Shown: positions 38,878 to 51,624, numbered from the stretch's first letter. The stretch: DNA of 64,000 bases from Hemiscyllium ocellatum (GCF_020745735.1 NC_083449.1:13069868-13133867), one strand, 5' to 3'. The notes: generated from the sequence alone by a model not told the origin. A program made the numbers and translations.

Positions 38878-41175
38878 TCATAGACAGACATTTCTGCAGC
38901 CAGCAGAGAAAAATCAGAATGATGTGTTGCCTCCCTGGTGTCAGGTTAAAGCACAGCAGGTGAGGCAGCATCCAAGGAATAGGAAATTCGACGTTTCGGG
39001 CATAAGCCCTTCATCAGGAAAGGGCTGATGAAGGGCTTATGCCCGAAACGTCAAATTTCCTATTCCTTGGATGATGCCTAACCTGCTGTGCTTTAACCAG
39101 CAACACATTTTCAACTGTGATCTCCAGCATCTGCAGACCTCATTTTTTATCCCTGGTGTCAGGATCAAGGATGTCTCAGAGAGGGTGCAGAATGTTCGCA
39201 AAGGACAGAGGGACCAACAGTAGGTCATTGTACACATTGGAACCAATGACACAGGAAGGGAAAAGGATGAGATTCTGAAGGGAGAATATAGAAAGTTAGG
39301 CAGGAATTCAAAAAGCAGGTCCTCGAACGTAGTGATATCTAGATTACTCCCATTGGTATGAGCTAGTGAGGATAGAAATAGAAGGATAGAGCAGATGAAT
39401 GTGTAGCTGAGGAGCTGGTGCATGGGAGAAGGGTTCACATTTTTGCATCATTGGAATCTCTTCTGGGGTAAAAGAGACCTGTATAAGAAGGATGGGTTGC
39501 ACCAGAATTGGAAGGGAACTAATATACTGGCAGGGAGATTTGCTGGAGCTGCCCACGAAGATTTACAATAGTAAGGTGGTGGGCTGGGACCCAGGGAAAT
39601 AATGAGGAAAGAGTTCAATCTGAGACTGGTACAGTTGGGAACGGGAGCAAATCAAACAGTCAGGGCAGGCAGGGACAGAGCAGAGAACAAGTAAGACTGA
39701 TAAATTAAACTGCATTTACTTCAATGCTGAGATATGTGTATCATTGATAGTCACAGGTGAGGTGTCAGAAGACTGGAGGTTGGATAATGCGATACCACTG
39801 TTTAAGAAATGTGGTGAGGAAAAGCTAGGGAAGTGTGAACCAGTGAGCCTAACATCGATGGTGGGCAAGGTTTTGTGAGGAATCCTGAGGGCCAGAATTT
39901 ACACGTATTTGGAAGGGCAATGGCTGATTAGGGATAGTCAGCATGGCATTGTGCACGGGAAATCATGTCTCTCAAACTCAATTGAGCTTTTTGAAGAAAT
40001 AACACAGAAGACTGATGAGGGCAAAAAGGTGGATGTGATCCATGTGGCATTCAACAAGGTTCCCCATGGGAGACTGGTTAGTAAGATTAGAGATCACGGA
40101 ATATAGGGAGCACTAGCTATTTGGAGACAGAACTGGCTCAAAGGTGGAAGACAGATGGTGGTGGTGGTGGCGGGTTGCTTTTCAGACTGGAGGCCTCTGA
40201 CTACTGGGGTGCCACAAGGATCAGTGCTGGGTCCACTACTTTTCATCATGTATATAAATGATTTGGGTGTGAACATAGGCGGTATGGTTAGTAGGTTTGC
40301 AGATGACACCAAAACTGGAGGTGCAGTGGAGAGCGAAGAAGGTTACCACAGGGTACAATGGAATCTTGACCAGATGGGCCAATGGGCCCAGGAGTGGCAG
40401 AGAGCATTTAATTTAGATAAATGTGAGGTGCTGTGTTTTGGAAGAGCAAATCAGAGAGGACTTATACTCGTCGTGGAAAGGTGTTAAGGAGAGTTCCTGA
40501 ACAAGGAAACTTTGGAGTGCAGGTTCATATTTCCTGAAAGATAGCAGAGTGAAGGCGGCATTCGGTCTGCTTTCATTTATTGGGCAGAGTACTGAGTATA
40601 GAAGTTGGGAGGTCATGTTGCGGCTGTTCAGGACATTGGTTAGGTCACTTTAAGAATATTGCATGCAATTCTGGTCTCCTTCCTATCAGAAGGATGTTGT
40701 GAAACTTGAAAGTGTCAGAAAAGATTTACAAAGAAGTTTCCAGGGTTGGAGGTTTCGAACAATAATGATATACTGAATAAGCTGGTACTGTTTCCCCTGG
40801 AGCGTCGGAGACTGAGGGTTGACCTGATAGTGGTTTATAACACCATGAGGGGCATGGATAGGATAAATGGACAAAATCTTTTCCCTGGGGTGGGCGAGTC
40901 CAGAAGTAGAGGGCATAAGTTTCCGGTGACAGGGGAAAGATATTAAAGGAACAACTTTTTCAAGCAGAGCCTGGTGCATAAATGGAATGAGATGTCAGAG
41001 GAAGTGGAGGAGGCTGGTACAATTGCAGTATTTAAAAGGCATCTGGATGTATATATGAACAGGAAGGGTTTAGAGGGATGTGGGCCAAGTGCTGGGAAAT
41101 GGGACTGGATTAGGTTAGGATATCAGATCAGCATGGAGGAAAGGTCTGTTTGTGTGCTGTACATCTCTATGACTC
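38878..41175 (+). mobile_element. CR1 LINE, internally deleted (ORF1 esterase, ORF2 RT, 3' UTR)
   Basis: ORF1 remnant to ~39570; ORF 40155-40487 has GVPQGSVLGPLLF.MYINDL and FADDTK. Confidence 0.92.
38946..39149. mobile_element. Young palindromic Penelope-like insertion with a 14-bp TSD and two intact hammerhead cores
   Basis: TCCCTGGTGTCAGG at 38932-38945 and 39150-39163. Empty site in copy A near 28925. Cores at 38990-39017(-) and 39025-39052(+). Confidence 0.9.
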
Positions 41176-42551
41176 CATATGTGACAGACGTTCAACAGAA
41201 CAAAAAAGCTCCATGGATTAATGAAGAACCTTGTACCTAAAATTGAGTGTTGGAAACTAGGGCTGCTGTCTCCAGTGTAAATGAACTGGTTATACAGGCA
41301 AAGATTGTTTGGAAAGGAACAGTTATTGTGAGATAAGAAGGACATAGATTCAAGTTTGATGCAATTTCAATCTTCCTGCATTATGTTACTGAGCAATTTA
41401 AACGATTCCTGAAAAGTGGGGAACCAATTACCAAAGTGGGAGAGAAGAGAGTTCTCAGTGCACGTATTCTTTAGTGAATGGGAAACAGCCTATGTTCTTT
41501 AGTTGTAGTGCCTACAGGATTCATGGATATGTGAACATGCAACACATCACAACAGACAAGAGTCTGTGTTGTTCATCGTAATCAAGGAGAGAAAAGTAAT
41601 GGGCCTTTGTGTCTCCTATTGTACAAAGTCTAACTGGGAATACTAACAACAATTGCTGGTCTTCACGATGCTATCAGTTATTGCACAGTGACCTACTTTT
41701 CTGAATACTGCTGAATTGATGATCAGTATTAACTGAATCCATTTGCAATGAAGTGAACAAATCCACTGCTTGCATCTGACTGACCACAATATTCCTTATA
41801 CAGGAATGAAAATTCATCAATTCCATTGTATTTGCTGATGCAGGCAGGATAGTACTTCACCTCTGTAGTGTGATAGTGCAAACCATGAGCAATACTGTTG
41901 TGTTGTTCTATGGTCATGAGGAGGAAAGCAAAAGGAATTTTACTTTCTGTCATGCAATGCAGAATATTTAAATGGTCAAATTCAGTTTATTAATCAATCA
42001 ACACTGTCCAAACCTTCACAGAAAAACATTGAGAAGCTTGACACACCTACCCATTATGGTTATTTGGGTTCTTGCTGCTCTGCTATGAATGGTGACTATC
42101 TGATTCCATTGATTCATTGAGAAATCTGTACCCAGATTCCTTGTTTTTTAGTAATGTATCCTAGGGAGGGTCAACAGGAATGTCAGGCTTGGAGATCTCC
42201 GTGTAGAAAAATAAAACAGCCTTTAAATGATGTACAAAAGCATAACGAAAAAGATTTCGCTGGAATGGAAAACGAAAAGAAAAATGACACGTGCAAGGTG
42301 AAGCAATAAAGAATGACACTGTAAGAAAGACGGGGCTGGCAGATTGTCTGCTGTCATGATATATTTATGGAAATGGAATGCTGATTGAAAGGGTTGTTAG
42401 CTTGGTCAATTGTTATGTTGTTGTGGATTGTTATTGTTCGGTGCAGACTTAATCATTTGAAGGGCTTTGTTCTGTGTTGGAGATCTCTTGCCTCGAGATC
42501 TGAGAGTAGAAATCAGTTTGAATGTATATGGATCTTCATCCCTGTTTGGTA

Positions 42552-42553
<2 letters not shown>

Positions 42554-42626
<73 letters not shown>
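42554..42626. repeat. (TG)n microsatellite, ~36 units
   Basis: Perfect dinucleotide run. Confidence 0.99.
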
Positions 42627-42628
<2 letters not shown>

Positions 42629-43203
42629 TTGCGACTCATTGTAAATCATTCAGGATTTTATGTTTGTGTGCGGAAGTGGTGGGGTGTTAGTAGTGTGTGT
42701 GTACATGCAGTAAGCCTTCTGTCCATGTCAGGAAAGAACATTTGGAATGTACATTATACCATTGTAATGTCTTTGTATGGGACAACTATTGATCAAAAGA
42801 TTAATTTGGCCTCATCAGTTACTGATAATGTCAAAGTTTCCCTTTATGTTTGCACTCAATCTCTACTTCATACATAGTTATTGTAACTGTGTAACAATGA
42901 CCTAAACTAAACTAATAAACCTTTATACCAATTTGGATTCAATGTGGTTTCTGATTGCAGAGTTTGCAATCTGGTTGCAGTCTATACATATTCAGATGCG
43001 GTGAATCATGGGTTTTAAATGGTAAAAACTATTGGAATTGGCTATAGTGTGCATTGAGAGGAGAGAAGAAAATGTATTTCAACAGATGTGTTTGACTCTT
43101 GGATTGAATGTATCCCTCTGGAAATTGAGCTCAATGTGTGTCTGGTTCAATCCACTCTGTGTCTGTGGAAAGGATGTTCTCTGCCCTGACAGCAGTAACA
43201 TAC

Positions 43204-43285
43204 CTGGTGTCTGGGAGAAGCAGTTGGTCACACTTGGCTTTGTACTGAGTATATATTAGATTGTCTTGGTCCAGCGAGTATGTTT
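43204..43285 (-). other. 82-nt exon (putative exon 2 of the spliced gene)
   Basis: tcttctgtttccctccAG|AAACAT...CCAG|GTATGT. Confidence 0.65.
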
Positions 43286-43751
43286 CTGGAGGGAAACAGA
43301 AGATATGTTACATTTAATTCAAACTGATCAATGCTAAATTCAAGTAATATTAATTATGATTTTTTTAAAGAAAGATCACATTGTGAACAAAGCATGGTTT
43401 GGTTCTGTTATTGCTGTGAGTTATTTCAAATGCTGTACCTGAGACTTTTGATCTGGTGACTGCTACATTTATCACTTACAGGATTGTCACAGTCAAAGTC
43501 GATTTGCTTTCTACTATTCACAGCCCAATATTAACAGACAGCCTGAAACAGAAGCCAAACAATGAATTGCCATCAGTGTTCAGGGGATTTGCAAACCACA
43601 AGAATGTCCCACAGCAGCTCCTTCCCGCTCTGTCTACCACAGCAGCCCTCCCCTCCCCTCCACGCCCCACGCCCCACGCCCCCCCACCCCCAACACACAC
43701 ACACACACACAGCCCGAGAAAGGCCTCCCCCTTCCCCCCCAGCCCGCTCAC

Positions 43752-43937
43752 TCCAAGTTCCGGGACCAGTTCCTGCTCCGCTCGGCATCTCACACACAGC
43801 TCCCGGCTCTCCCTGAACTCCCCTCCCGAACCAATCCGGGTCTGGGAGCCCCCTCTGTGTCCCAGGCTCCCATCCCGATGTGCTGCTGGAAGGAGCCCCT
43901 GCTGTTCCCTCCCTTCCCTGGGCTCGGAGCTCTCCAT
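43752..43937 (-). CDS. Putative first coding exon (62 codons) of an uncharacterised spliced gene
   Basis: GCAATGG Kozak context at 43937, open frame MESSEPRE...CVRCRAEQELVPELG, donor GGA|GTGAGC, CpG-rich. No protein family recognised. Confidence 0.4.
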
Positions 43938-43984
43938 TGCGGTCTGTTTCACACAAACCGCTTCCACTCACTGAGTCAATGCTC

Positions 43985-44025
43985 CTCAATGGCCGCGCGG
44001 GGGCAGGGCCTCACGCATGCGCACA
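43985..44025 (-). promoter_or_regulatory. CpG-rich promoter with NRF1 motif
   Basis: GCGCATGCGT at 44022-44013. Confidence 0.6.
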
Positions 44026-44162
44026 TATGGACAGGAACCAAATTCAAACTCACCCACCACCAGGTTGCAGAATAATGGGATAATGGTAAGATTCTTGGCA
44101 GCGTGGAAGAGCAGAGAGATCTCAGTGTCCTTTTGCACAGAGCCCTGAAAGTTGCCACCCAG

Positions 44163-44780
44163 TACTTCCCAGGAGCTGAAAAACTACGCCATGTTCTTCG
44201 TGACCTGCAGCACATTGTCAATGAGGACGAGCACCTCTCCAAGACAGTCCCCACACCTCCATTGCTTGCTTTTAAACAACCGCCAAACCTCAAACAGATC
44301 ATTGTTGGTAGCAAGCTGCCCGGCTTTCAGGACACCTCCATACAACCGTGTCACGGTAGGCACTGCAAGGCGTGTCAGAGTGTGGACATGGATACCACCC
44401 TTACACTTGGGGACACCTCCCACCATGTACATGACAGGTACTCATGTGACTCAGCCAACGTTGTCTATCTTATATGTTGCAGGCAAGGATGCCCTGAGGC
44501 ATGGTACATTGGGGAAACTGCGCAAAGGCTCCGGCAATGGATGAATGGGCACCTCACAAAAATCAACAGACAGGCGTGTTCCCTCCAAGTTGGGGAATAC
44601 TTCAGTGTTCCAAGACATTCGACCTCAGACCTTTGGGTGACCATACTCCAAGTCGGATTTTGGGACAGGCAGCAGCAAAAAGTGGCAAAATAGAGGCTGA
44701 TAGCTATGTTCCATACCCATGGGGAGGGCCTCAACCGGGACCTTGTGTTCATGTCACACTACAGATGACCACGATTGCAC

Positions 44781-44820
<40 letters not shown>

Positions 44821-45620
44821 CACTCCTAAATACACACAGACTCACGTATTCACAGGCACACCTAAACAAACACGGACACACATATACACAGACACTCACA
44901 CACACCCTTACAGACACATGCACTCACATGCATCCTCTCACAGACTTAGACCAACTCTACGCTCGTGCACACACATATACCCTGTCTCACACAGATGCTC
45001 ACAACCCCAAACCCCAGACAAACAAACACACTCCTACAGATACACACACTCCCACACTCACACATGCACCCCCTCACAGACTTAGACACTCTACATTCAC
45101 ATGTACACTCTCTCTCACACTCACAATCCCAACCCCAGACAGACAGAAAAACACACACACAAAGACCCACATGCACACATGTACATATACATTTGTGGGT
45201 GAAATTGAACTGCAAGAATTCATGTAAAACTCTGTTATCTCGCTTTTTAGATTAGAATCAGTCTAAACATTATAGCACAGACAGAGAACACAGGGGGCTA
45301 ACACCTTCAACCTATTGTCTGGCTAACACCAATTGTTACAGTTAATCTGAGAATGTAACTTTGAAAAAACAGTTTTGTGATTTACACATGAAAGAAGTGA
45401 AACTATCATGGTATTTGAACACATGAAAGACTCAACAAACAATCAAGATATTTTTCAATGTATAATTTCATTACATCACACTGTAAACATTTGCTATAAA
45501 TTCTGTGTCTTATAATTGTGTCCTCCACAACCACCTGATGAAGGAGCGGCGCTCCGAAAGCTAGTGTTTCCAATTAAGCCTGTTGGACTATAACGTGGTG
45601 TTGTGTGATCTTTAACTTTG
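44163..45620 (+). mobile_element. Penelope-like element (GIY-YIG endonuclease region, CA-rich spacer, hammerhead terminus); TSD GCCACCCAG
   Basis: ORF 44103-44693 has NVVYLICC...WYIGETAQRLRQWMNGH. GCCACCCAG at 44154-44162 and 45621-45629. Hammerhead core at 45535-45563. Confidence 0.9.
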
Positions 45621-45821
45621 GCCACCCAGGTCAGTACAAGTAAGAACGGTACGGTGTGGTAGCTTTTATTGGTCAAGGGATTCAATTTTGGAGCCATGGG
45701 GTCATGTTGCAGCTATACAAAACTCTGGTGCGGCCGCATATGGTGTATTATAGGAGGGACGTGGAAACATTGCAAAGGTGTGGAAGAGATTTACCAAGAC
45801 ATTGCCTGGTATGGAGGAAAG

Positions 45822-47295
45822 ATTGGAGTGGTGCTGGATAAGCACAGTAGGTCAGGCAGCATCTGAGGAGCAGGAAAATTGACATTTCAGGCAAAGGCCA
45901 TTCATCAGGAATGAGGCAGGAAGCCTCCAGTATGGAGAGATAAATGGGAGGAGGGTGGGACTGAGAAGAAGGTCACTTAGAGTGCAATAGGTGGATGGAG
46001 GTGGGGATGAAGGTGGTAGGTCAGAGAGGAGGGTGGAGTGGATAGGTGGTTAGGAGGATTGGCAGGTAGGACAGGTCATGAGGAGAGTTCTGAGCTGGTA
46101 GGTTGGAACTGGGGTAAGATGGGGGGAGGGGAAATGAGGAAACTGGTGAAGTCCACATTGATGCCCTGGGTTTGGAGTGTTCTGAGGCGGAAGATGAGGT
46201 GAACTTTCTCCAGGCGTCGGGTGGTGAGGGAATGGCGGTGGAGGATGCCTAGGATCTGCATGTACTCAGCAGAATGTGAGGGGAGTGGAAATGTTCAGTC
46301 ACGGGGCGGTGGGGTAGATTGGTTCGGGTGGCCTGGAGATGTTCCCTAAAGCTCTCTGTGAGAAGGCATCCAGTCTCCTCAATGTAAAGGAGACCACATC
46401 GGGAGCAAGAAATACAATAAATGACATTGGTGGATCTGCAGGTGAATCTTTGATGGATGTGGAAGGCTCCTTTGGGGCCTTGGATGGAGGTGAGGGGGGA
46501 GGTGTGGGCATAGGTTTTGCAATTCCTGCAGTGCCAGGAGGGGACGGTGGGTTGTTGGGGGAGTGTGGACCTGACCAGGTAGTCATGGAGGGAACAGTCT
46601 TTGTCAATGTGGATCAGGTGGGGAGAGAAATGTATCCCTGGTGGTGGGGTCCACTTGTAGGTGGATGCACTCCCGAAACGGTCTCCTTTACATTGGGGAG
46701 ATTGGATGCCTTGTCGCAGATCGCATTAGGGAACATCTCTGGGACACCCACACCAATCAACCCCACTGCCCCGTGGCCAGACATTTCAACTCCCTCTCAC
46801 ACTCTGCCGAGGACATGCAGGTCCTTGGCCCCCTCCACCACCACTCCCTCACCCCATGATGCCTGGAGGAAGAATGCCTCATCTTCTGCCTTGGGACACT
46901 TCAACCGTAGTGCATCAATGTGGACTTCACCACTTTCCTCATTTCCCCTCCCCCCCACCTTATCCCAGTTCCAACCTGCCAGCTCAGCACCATCCTCATG
47001 ACCTATCCTTCCTGCCAGTCTTCTTTCCCATGTATCCGCTCCACCCTCCTCTCTGACCAGTCACCTTCGTCCCCACCTCAATTCACCAATTACCCATTTA
47101 GCTATCTTCTCCCCAGCCCCCCCCCCCTCCCATTCATCTCTCCATCCCGGAGGCTCCCAGCCTCATTCCTGATGAAGGGCTTTTGCCCAAAACGTCGATT
47201 TTCCTGCTCCTCGGATGCTGCCTGACCTGCTGTGCTTTTCCAGCACCACTCTAATCTTGACTCTGATCTCCAGCATCTGCTGTCCTCACTTTTGT
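45822..47295. mobile_element. Penelope-like element with a large internal inversion
   Basis: GIY-YIG remnant (LLYIGEIG...RIREHL) on + from ~46670; the reverse-complement arm spans 45822-46660; termini point outward. Confidence 0.85.
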
Positions 47296-47614
47296 CTTAT
47301 GAGGAAAGGCTGAGGGACCTGAGGCTGTATTCGTTAGAGAGAAGAAGCTTCAGAGATGACTTAATAGAATCATACAAGATGATCAGCGGATGAGAGAAGG
47401 CGGACAGTGAGAGCCTTTTTTCCTTGGATGGTGATGTCTAGCAGGATGGAACATAGCTTAAAATTGAGGGGTGATAGATATAGGACAGATGTCAGAGGTA
47501 GGTTCGAGAGCAGTATGGGTGTGGAACGTTCTGCCTGCAACAGTAGTAGACTCGCCAACCTTAAATGGCACTTAAATAGTCATTGGACAAACATATGGAT
47601 GATAATGAGACATC

Positions 47615-48420
47615 ACAGAACACACACAAACACACAGGCTGCTGTTACCAAAGCTGAGGCTGCTGTGGTGATGCCTGTTTCAGGGAATGGAGAGTCCCGC
47701 CCCCCGGGAGCTGGGATTGGATACAGCCCCATCCGTCAACCCACAGAGGAACACCTCCGGAAGGTACAGAAAAGGCAGGAAAAGGTTATTGGCGGGTGAT
47801 TGGTTCACTTGGAATGACGGTCTGTCAATTTCAAAAAGCCCGCCGATTTCACCCTCACAAATCCTGAAATGAAATTAAACATTAAGAAACAAAACACTGT
47901 CCGTCTGCAACTAAGATAAAAGTTTATTCTTTACAGCAGTATTTAAAACCCTGCGGAAAGCAGGCGGGATCACTGCCTGACCTGTGTGTAACAGGCAGGA
48001 GGAAAGCGAGGGGAATTTCACAGCCCAGCCTAACAACCGCCCTGAGTCAATCTAAACACCCCCCGCCGGTTTAAACAGCTTACAAACTCATACAGTGTAC
48101 CCCGAGAAAGGGACAGAGTCTCCCTGTATCGGGACATCTTTGTTTCACCCAGATTGTAATGAGCCCGAACACAATGTGTCATTGCTGCCTGATCTGTCTG
48201 TGAGAGACAGACCGAAAGAACACGCCATGATAACATCCGCACCGCCCCAGCATCAAAACTGAACAAAGCATCATCCCTGGAAGGGTCAATGAAATACAAA
48301 TACTGCAATCTGTCACATTGGGGTCCGGGCAGAAATACAAGTCGCGATGTGAAATAACCAGATGGGAGATCAAGAAACCCTCCCCGTGTGATCCCTTCCC
48401 CATTCTCAGGGTCTGTCCAC
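47615..48420 (-). pseudogene. Orphan H3 5' UTR/promoter plus H3-H4 spacer, no CDS
   Basis: Colinear with 15780-16610 (cacacaggctgctg, gagctgggattggata, tttcaaaaagcccgccgatttcaccctcacaaa, aatacaaatactgcaat). Confidence 0.9.
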
Positions 48421-48548
48421 TCACAAACTGTGGCGAGAGGGTGTGCCTGAGTAACTCAGTCAGATTAACATCTTGGGTATGTCTGCACTCGGCCCCGGGA
48501 CAGGGACCATTTGATCCGGGGCTCAGCTCTTTCCTGAGAGATGTGGGT

Positions 48549-48564
48549 GGCTCTGAGAAGAGCC
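48549..48564 (-). terminator. Histone 3' stem-loop (H1)
   Basis: Minus strand CCAAA-GGCTCTTCTCAGAGCC-ACCCA, HDE GAAAGAGCTG. Confidence 0.98.
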
Positions 48565-48600
48565 TTTGGGTTCAGATGGTGACATGTTACACCGACTGGT

Positions 48601-49248
48601 TCATTTCTTTGCTGCTTTCTTGGGCACTTTGGCCTGGGTCTTGGCTTTAACCGATTTGCTGAGGGGTTTGGGGGACTTGGGGCTCTTGGCCTTTTTCACC
48701 TTCTTCACGGAAGCCTTTTTCTTCGGCGCTGCTTTGATCACTCGCTTTTTCTTTGGCGGGGCTGCCTTCCCGGCGCCTGGTCTCTTAGCTGTCGCTTTCT
48801 TAGCTGTTGGTTTCTTGGCTGGGGATTTTTTCACTGTAGCCTTCTTGGCTGGTGTTTTCTTCCCGACCACTTTCTTGCCGCTTGCTGCTCTTCTCACCTT
48901 CTTGGCCCCTTCTGCCTTGCCTCGAGTCTGAGCGAGTTTGAAGGAGCCGGAGGCGCCCTGGCCCTTGACCTGAACCAGGGAGCCTTTCGCCAGGGCCCTC
49001 CTGATACACATCTTGATCTGGGAGTTGCGCTTGTCCACCTCGACCCCGCTTTTCTCCAACGCTTTCTTTATACTGAAAAGGGACATCCCCTTGCGATCCT
49101 TGGACTGCTCGACAATCCTCAGAATCTGCTCGCCCAACTTGGGACCGGCTGGTCTTTTCCTGGGAGACGCCGCCTTTTTCTTGGGAGCCTTGGCTTTGGT
49201 GGGAGCGGAGGCTGGAGGAGCCGTTTCGGCGGCTGCACTGTCGCTCAT
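48601..49248 (-). CDS. H1: Linker histone H1 (215 aa)
   Basis: MSDSAAAETAPP..., a winged-helix core ending LVQVKGQGASGSFKL, and a K/A/P-rich tail with S/TPxK motifs. Confidence 0.98.
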   Translation of the reverse strand: MSDSAAAETAPPASAPTKAKAPKKKAASPRKRPAGPKLGEQILRIVEQSKDRKGMSLFSIKKALEKSGVEVDKRNSQIKMCIRRALAKGSLVQVKGQGASGSFKLAQTRGKAEGAKKVRRAASGKKVVGKKTPAKKATVKKSPAKKPTAKKATAKRPGAGKAAPPKKKRVIKAAPKKKASVKKVKKAKSPKSPKPLSKSVKAKTQAKVPKKAAKK

Positions 49249-49403
49249 GTCGACAACTCTGTGCTGAATCTCTCTCTCTCTCTGGGTGAGTCTGAACTGG
49301 GTCAGCAATGAAGCTGCTGAGGGGCGGCACTGAGCAACTTCAAGGCAGCGAGCGGACGGCGCAGAGACAACCTGCCGTCAGCTCCCTGCTCCTGCTGCCT
49401 CTC

Positions 49404-49410
49404 TGTGTTT
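49404..49410 (-). promoter_or_regulatory. H1 AC-box (AAACACA)
   Basis: Minus strand GAAACACAG about 160 bp upstream of the ATG. Confidence 0.7.
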
Positions 49411-51019
49411 CTCTCACTGTCTAAACTCTCCGATTCCTCTGAAATTCCGTATCTCCGGAGAGCCAGGCTCGGTCGCTCCTGTCCCCGACACGGGAAGGTT
49501 TGTGACTGAAAAGTTTTCACTCGAATAGACGGCTCCGCTGTCGAGTTAAACGCATTTTGCTGCTGCACAGATCGAGCCCTCTGAGCTGAGCGCTGACATT
49601 GTCGGTACTTTTCGACTGAAATCTTGAAATCATCAAATATATTCCCTTGAATTCCACCTTTGGGGTCGAGTGAGGCAGCCGGGGGATAACTGGAAATGAA
49701 AATGTTTTTGATTCGCACAAGAGAGACTCAGAAATATCATAATATTCGCGGACACACAAACACAGTTACGTTCGACCAACCGACCCGCCCTTTTCCTCCA
49801 GTCTCTCTGAGACAATATTCACATCCATACAGTCACAGGCCAGTAATATCACCAAGTGGAAGGGTGGAAGGATAGAATTTCTCCTCCTTTCAGCCTTTGC
49901 TCCGGTGTCCCGGGAGTTAGTTGTAGTTTTCTTTTCTCCTCAGTGATTGTTAAACTCTCATCAACTCTCCTGGTTCCATCCTGAAATATTTCCAGGCGGT
50001 TTGTCAAGCTGGGAACATGGAAGTGTAAGCACAGGAACAGGCCTTTCAACTCCATGCTGACTCCATCAGAACCTGATCATCGTTTGCTCAAATGCCTTGC
50101 AATTAAATCTTTTATTTTGATTGGTTTCCCTGGTAACTGACTGGTCTACAATTCCCAGTTGTATATCTCCCTCCGTATTCCATTGAATTGCTCACATTAG
50201 CCACCGTCCGATCTGTTGAAATGAATGCAGAGCCTGTAGAATCTTGGAACATGAGCACTAATACACCCACGGTCCCTGAGGCCACTGTGGTAATTACTCT
50301 GGGGGGTAGATTATCAGTGTCTGGGATTTCTCAGCCTTCAGTCCTATCCATTGCCTCAACTCAATTTCCCAAATAATGCTGATTTGGTTCATTATCTCCA
50401 TCTCACTAAACTCTGTGTTCCCCAAAATTCCCGCTGTGTTAATTATATCCTCTTTTGTGAACACAGAACAAGAGAAGATATTCAGTTGGAAAACCATTTT
50501 TGGTCCCCATTGTGGGCTCCCCCCATTTTAATTCTAAGTGAACTACGTTTGTCCTCACCAACCTGTGTGTTTTCCTTTCTCTCTTTACATACCTATCATA
50601 ACTTTCACTTTTTAATGGTTTCTACAACCTGACTCTGTTACTCCTTTGCTCTTCAGTAATCAATGCCATTTTATCATTCTGTGTTGGATATTAAGCTGTC
50701 CCCAGGCTTCACGTCTGTCGGGGTTCTTTCCTTCACAATTTGGAGGCCTTTCCTTTGGATCAAAACTATCTCAGATGGCCCTTGTAAACTATAGGTTTGT
50801 AATTTGTAATCAGGGCACCTTCAAACTCATGACCACTTCTGTCTAAAAAAGGATAAGGGAAGCTGATGTAGGGGAACACCACCATCATATCAGACAAGTT
50901 CACCTCCAAGGCACTCACCGTCCTGACTTGGAAATGTATTCCTTCTCCTTTACTGTCACTGGATCAAGAGCCTGGCCCTCCCGGCTAGGTGGGGTCTATC
51001 ATTATGGGACTCCATTCCT

Positions 51020-51480
51020 CATCAAGTTCCTGCCTGTGGCATGCCACACGCCTCCTCCACCACCAAACTCTCACCAGCCGAGGCCTGGAGGAAGAATGCC
51101 TCATCTTCACCTTGATAGCCTCCAACTACGCAGGGTTAATGTGGATTTCACCATTTTCCTCATTTCCCCTCAGCCCAACTCATTCCAGATCCAACCTTCC
51201 AGCTAGGCACCACCCTTTTGACCTGTCCTACCTGTCCATCCTCCTTCCCACCTATCCATTCCACCCTCCTCACCTACCGATCACCTTCACCCCAACTTCA
51301 TCTACCTATCACACTCTCGGGTACCTTCCCCCCCAACCCCACCTGCCTCCCAATTATCTCTCCCCCTCCTTGTGCCACCCCCTCATTCCTGATGAAGAGC
51401 TTCTGCTCAAAACATTGATTTTCCTGCTCCTTAGATGCTGCCTGAATGGCTGTGCTTGACAGCTCCACACTCTCTGACAC
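51020..51480 (+). mobile_element. Penelope-like 3' fragment, degenerate hammerhead
   Basis: LEEECLIF.L remnant; cctgatgaagagcttctgctcaaaacatt. Confidence 0.8.
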
Positions 51481-51624
51481 TAAAGTCACTCAGCTCCTAT
51501 AAGCTGGTATTTGCATCCAGTCGCAGACATGATATTACACACCTCTAGTCCAGGTAGGGCTTTAGCCCGGCCTCCTGACCAGACATTCATAAACTATCAC
51601 TGTGACATCAGACACCCTGCAACA

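Larger units (their letters stand above)
30994..43640. repeat. Internal tandem duplication, copy B
   Basis: Same order of elements as copy A, plus 38946-39149 and ~39309-41965, which are absent from A. Confidence 0.97.
44065..47610 (+). mobile_element. CR1 fragment hosting two Penelope-like insertions
   Basis: CR1 pieces at 44065-44162, 45621-45820 and 47296-47610 read in ORF2 order. Confidence 0.8.

Noticed and set aside
41180-41960. Possible decayed retroviral or envelope-like coding sequence (also ~28020-28870)
   Set aside because: No sustained frame or diagnostic motif visible; it would need a translated profile search.
43204-43285. Alternative frame of the 82-nt exon (DQDNLIYTQYKAKCDQLLLP), loosely suggestive of a FIIND/ZU5 start
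   Set aside because: Out of phase with exon 1, interrupted by stops in the 23370 and 26717 types, and no downstream domain exon was found.
42385-45255. CVCVCV and THTHTH ORFs
   Set aside because: Translations of TG/CA microsatellites and CA-rich Penelope spacer sequence.
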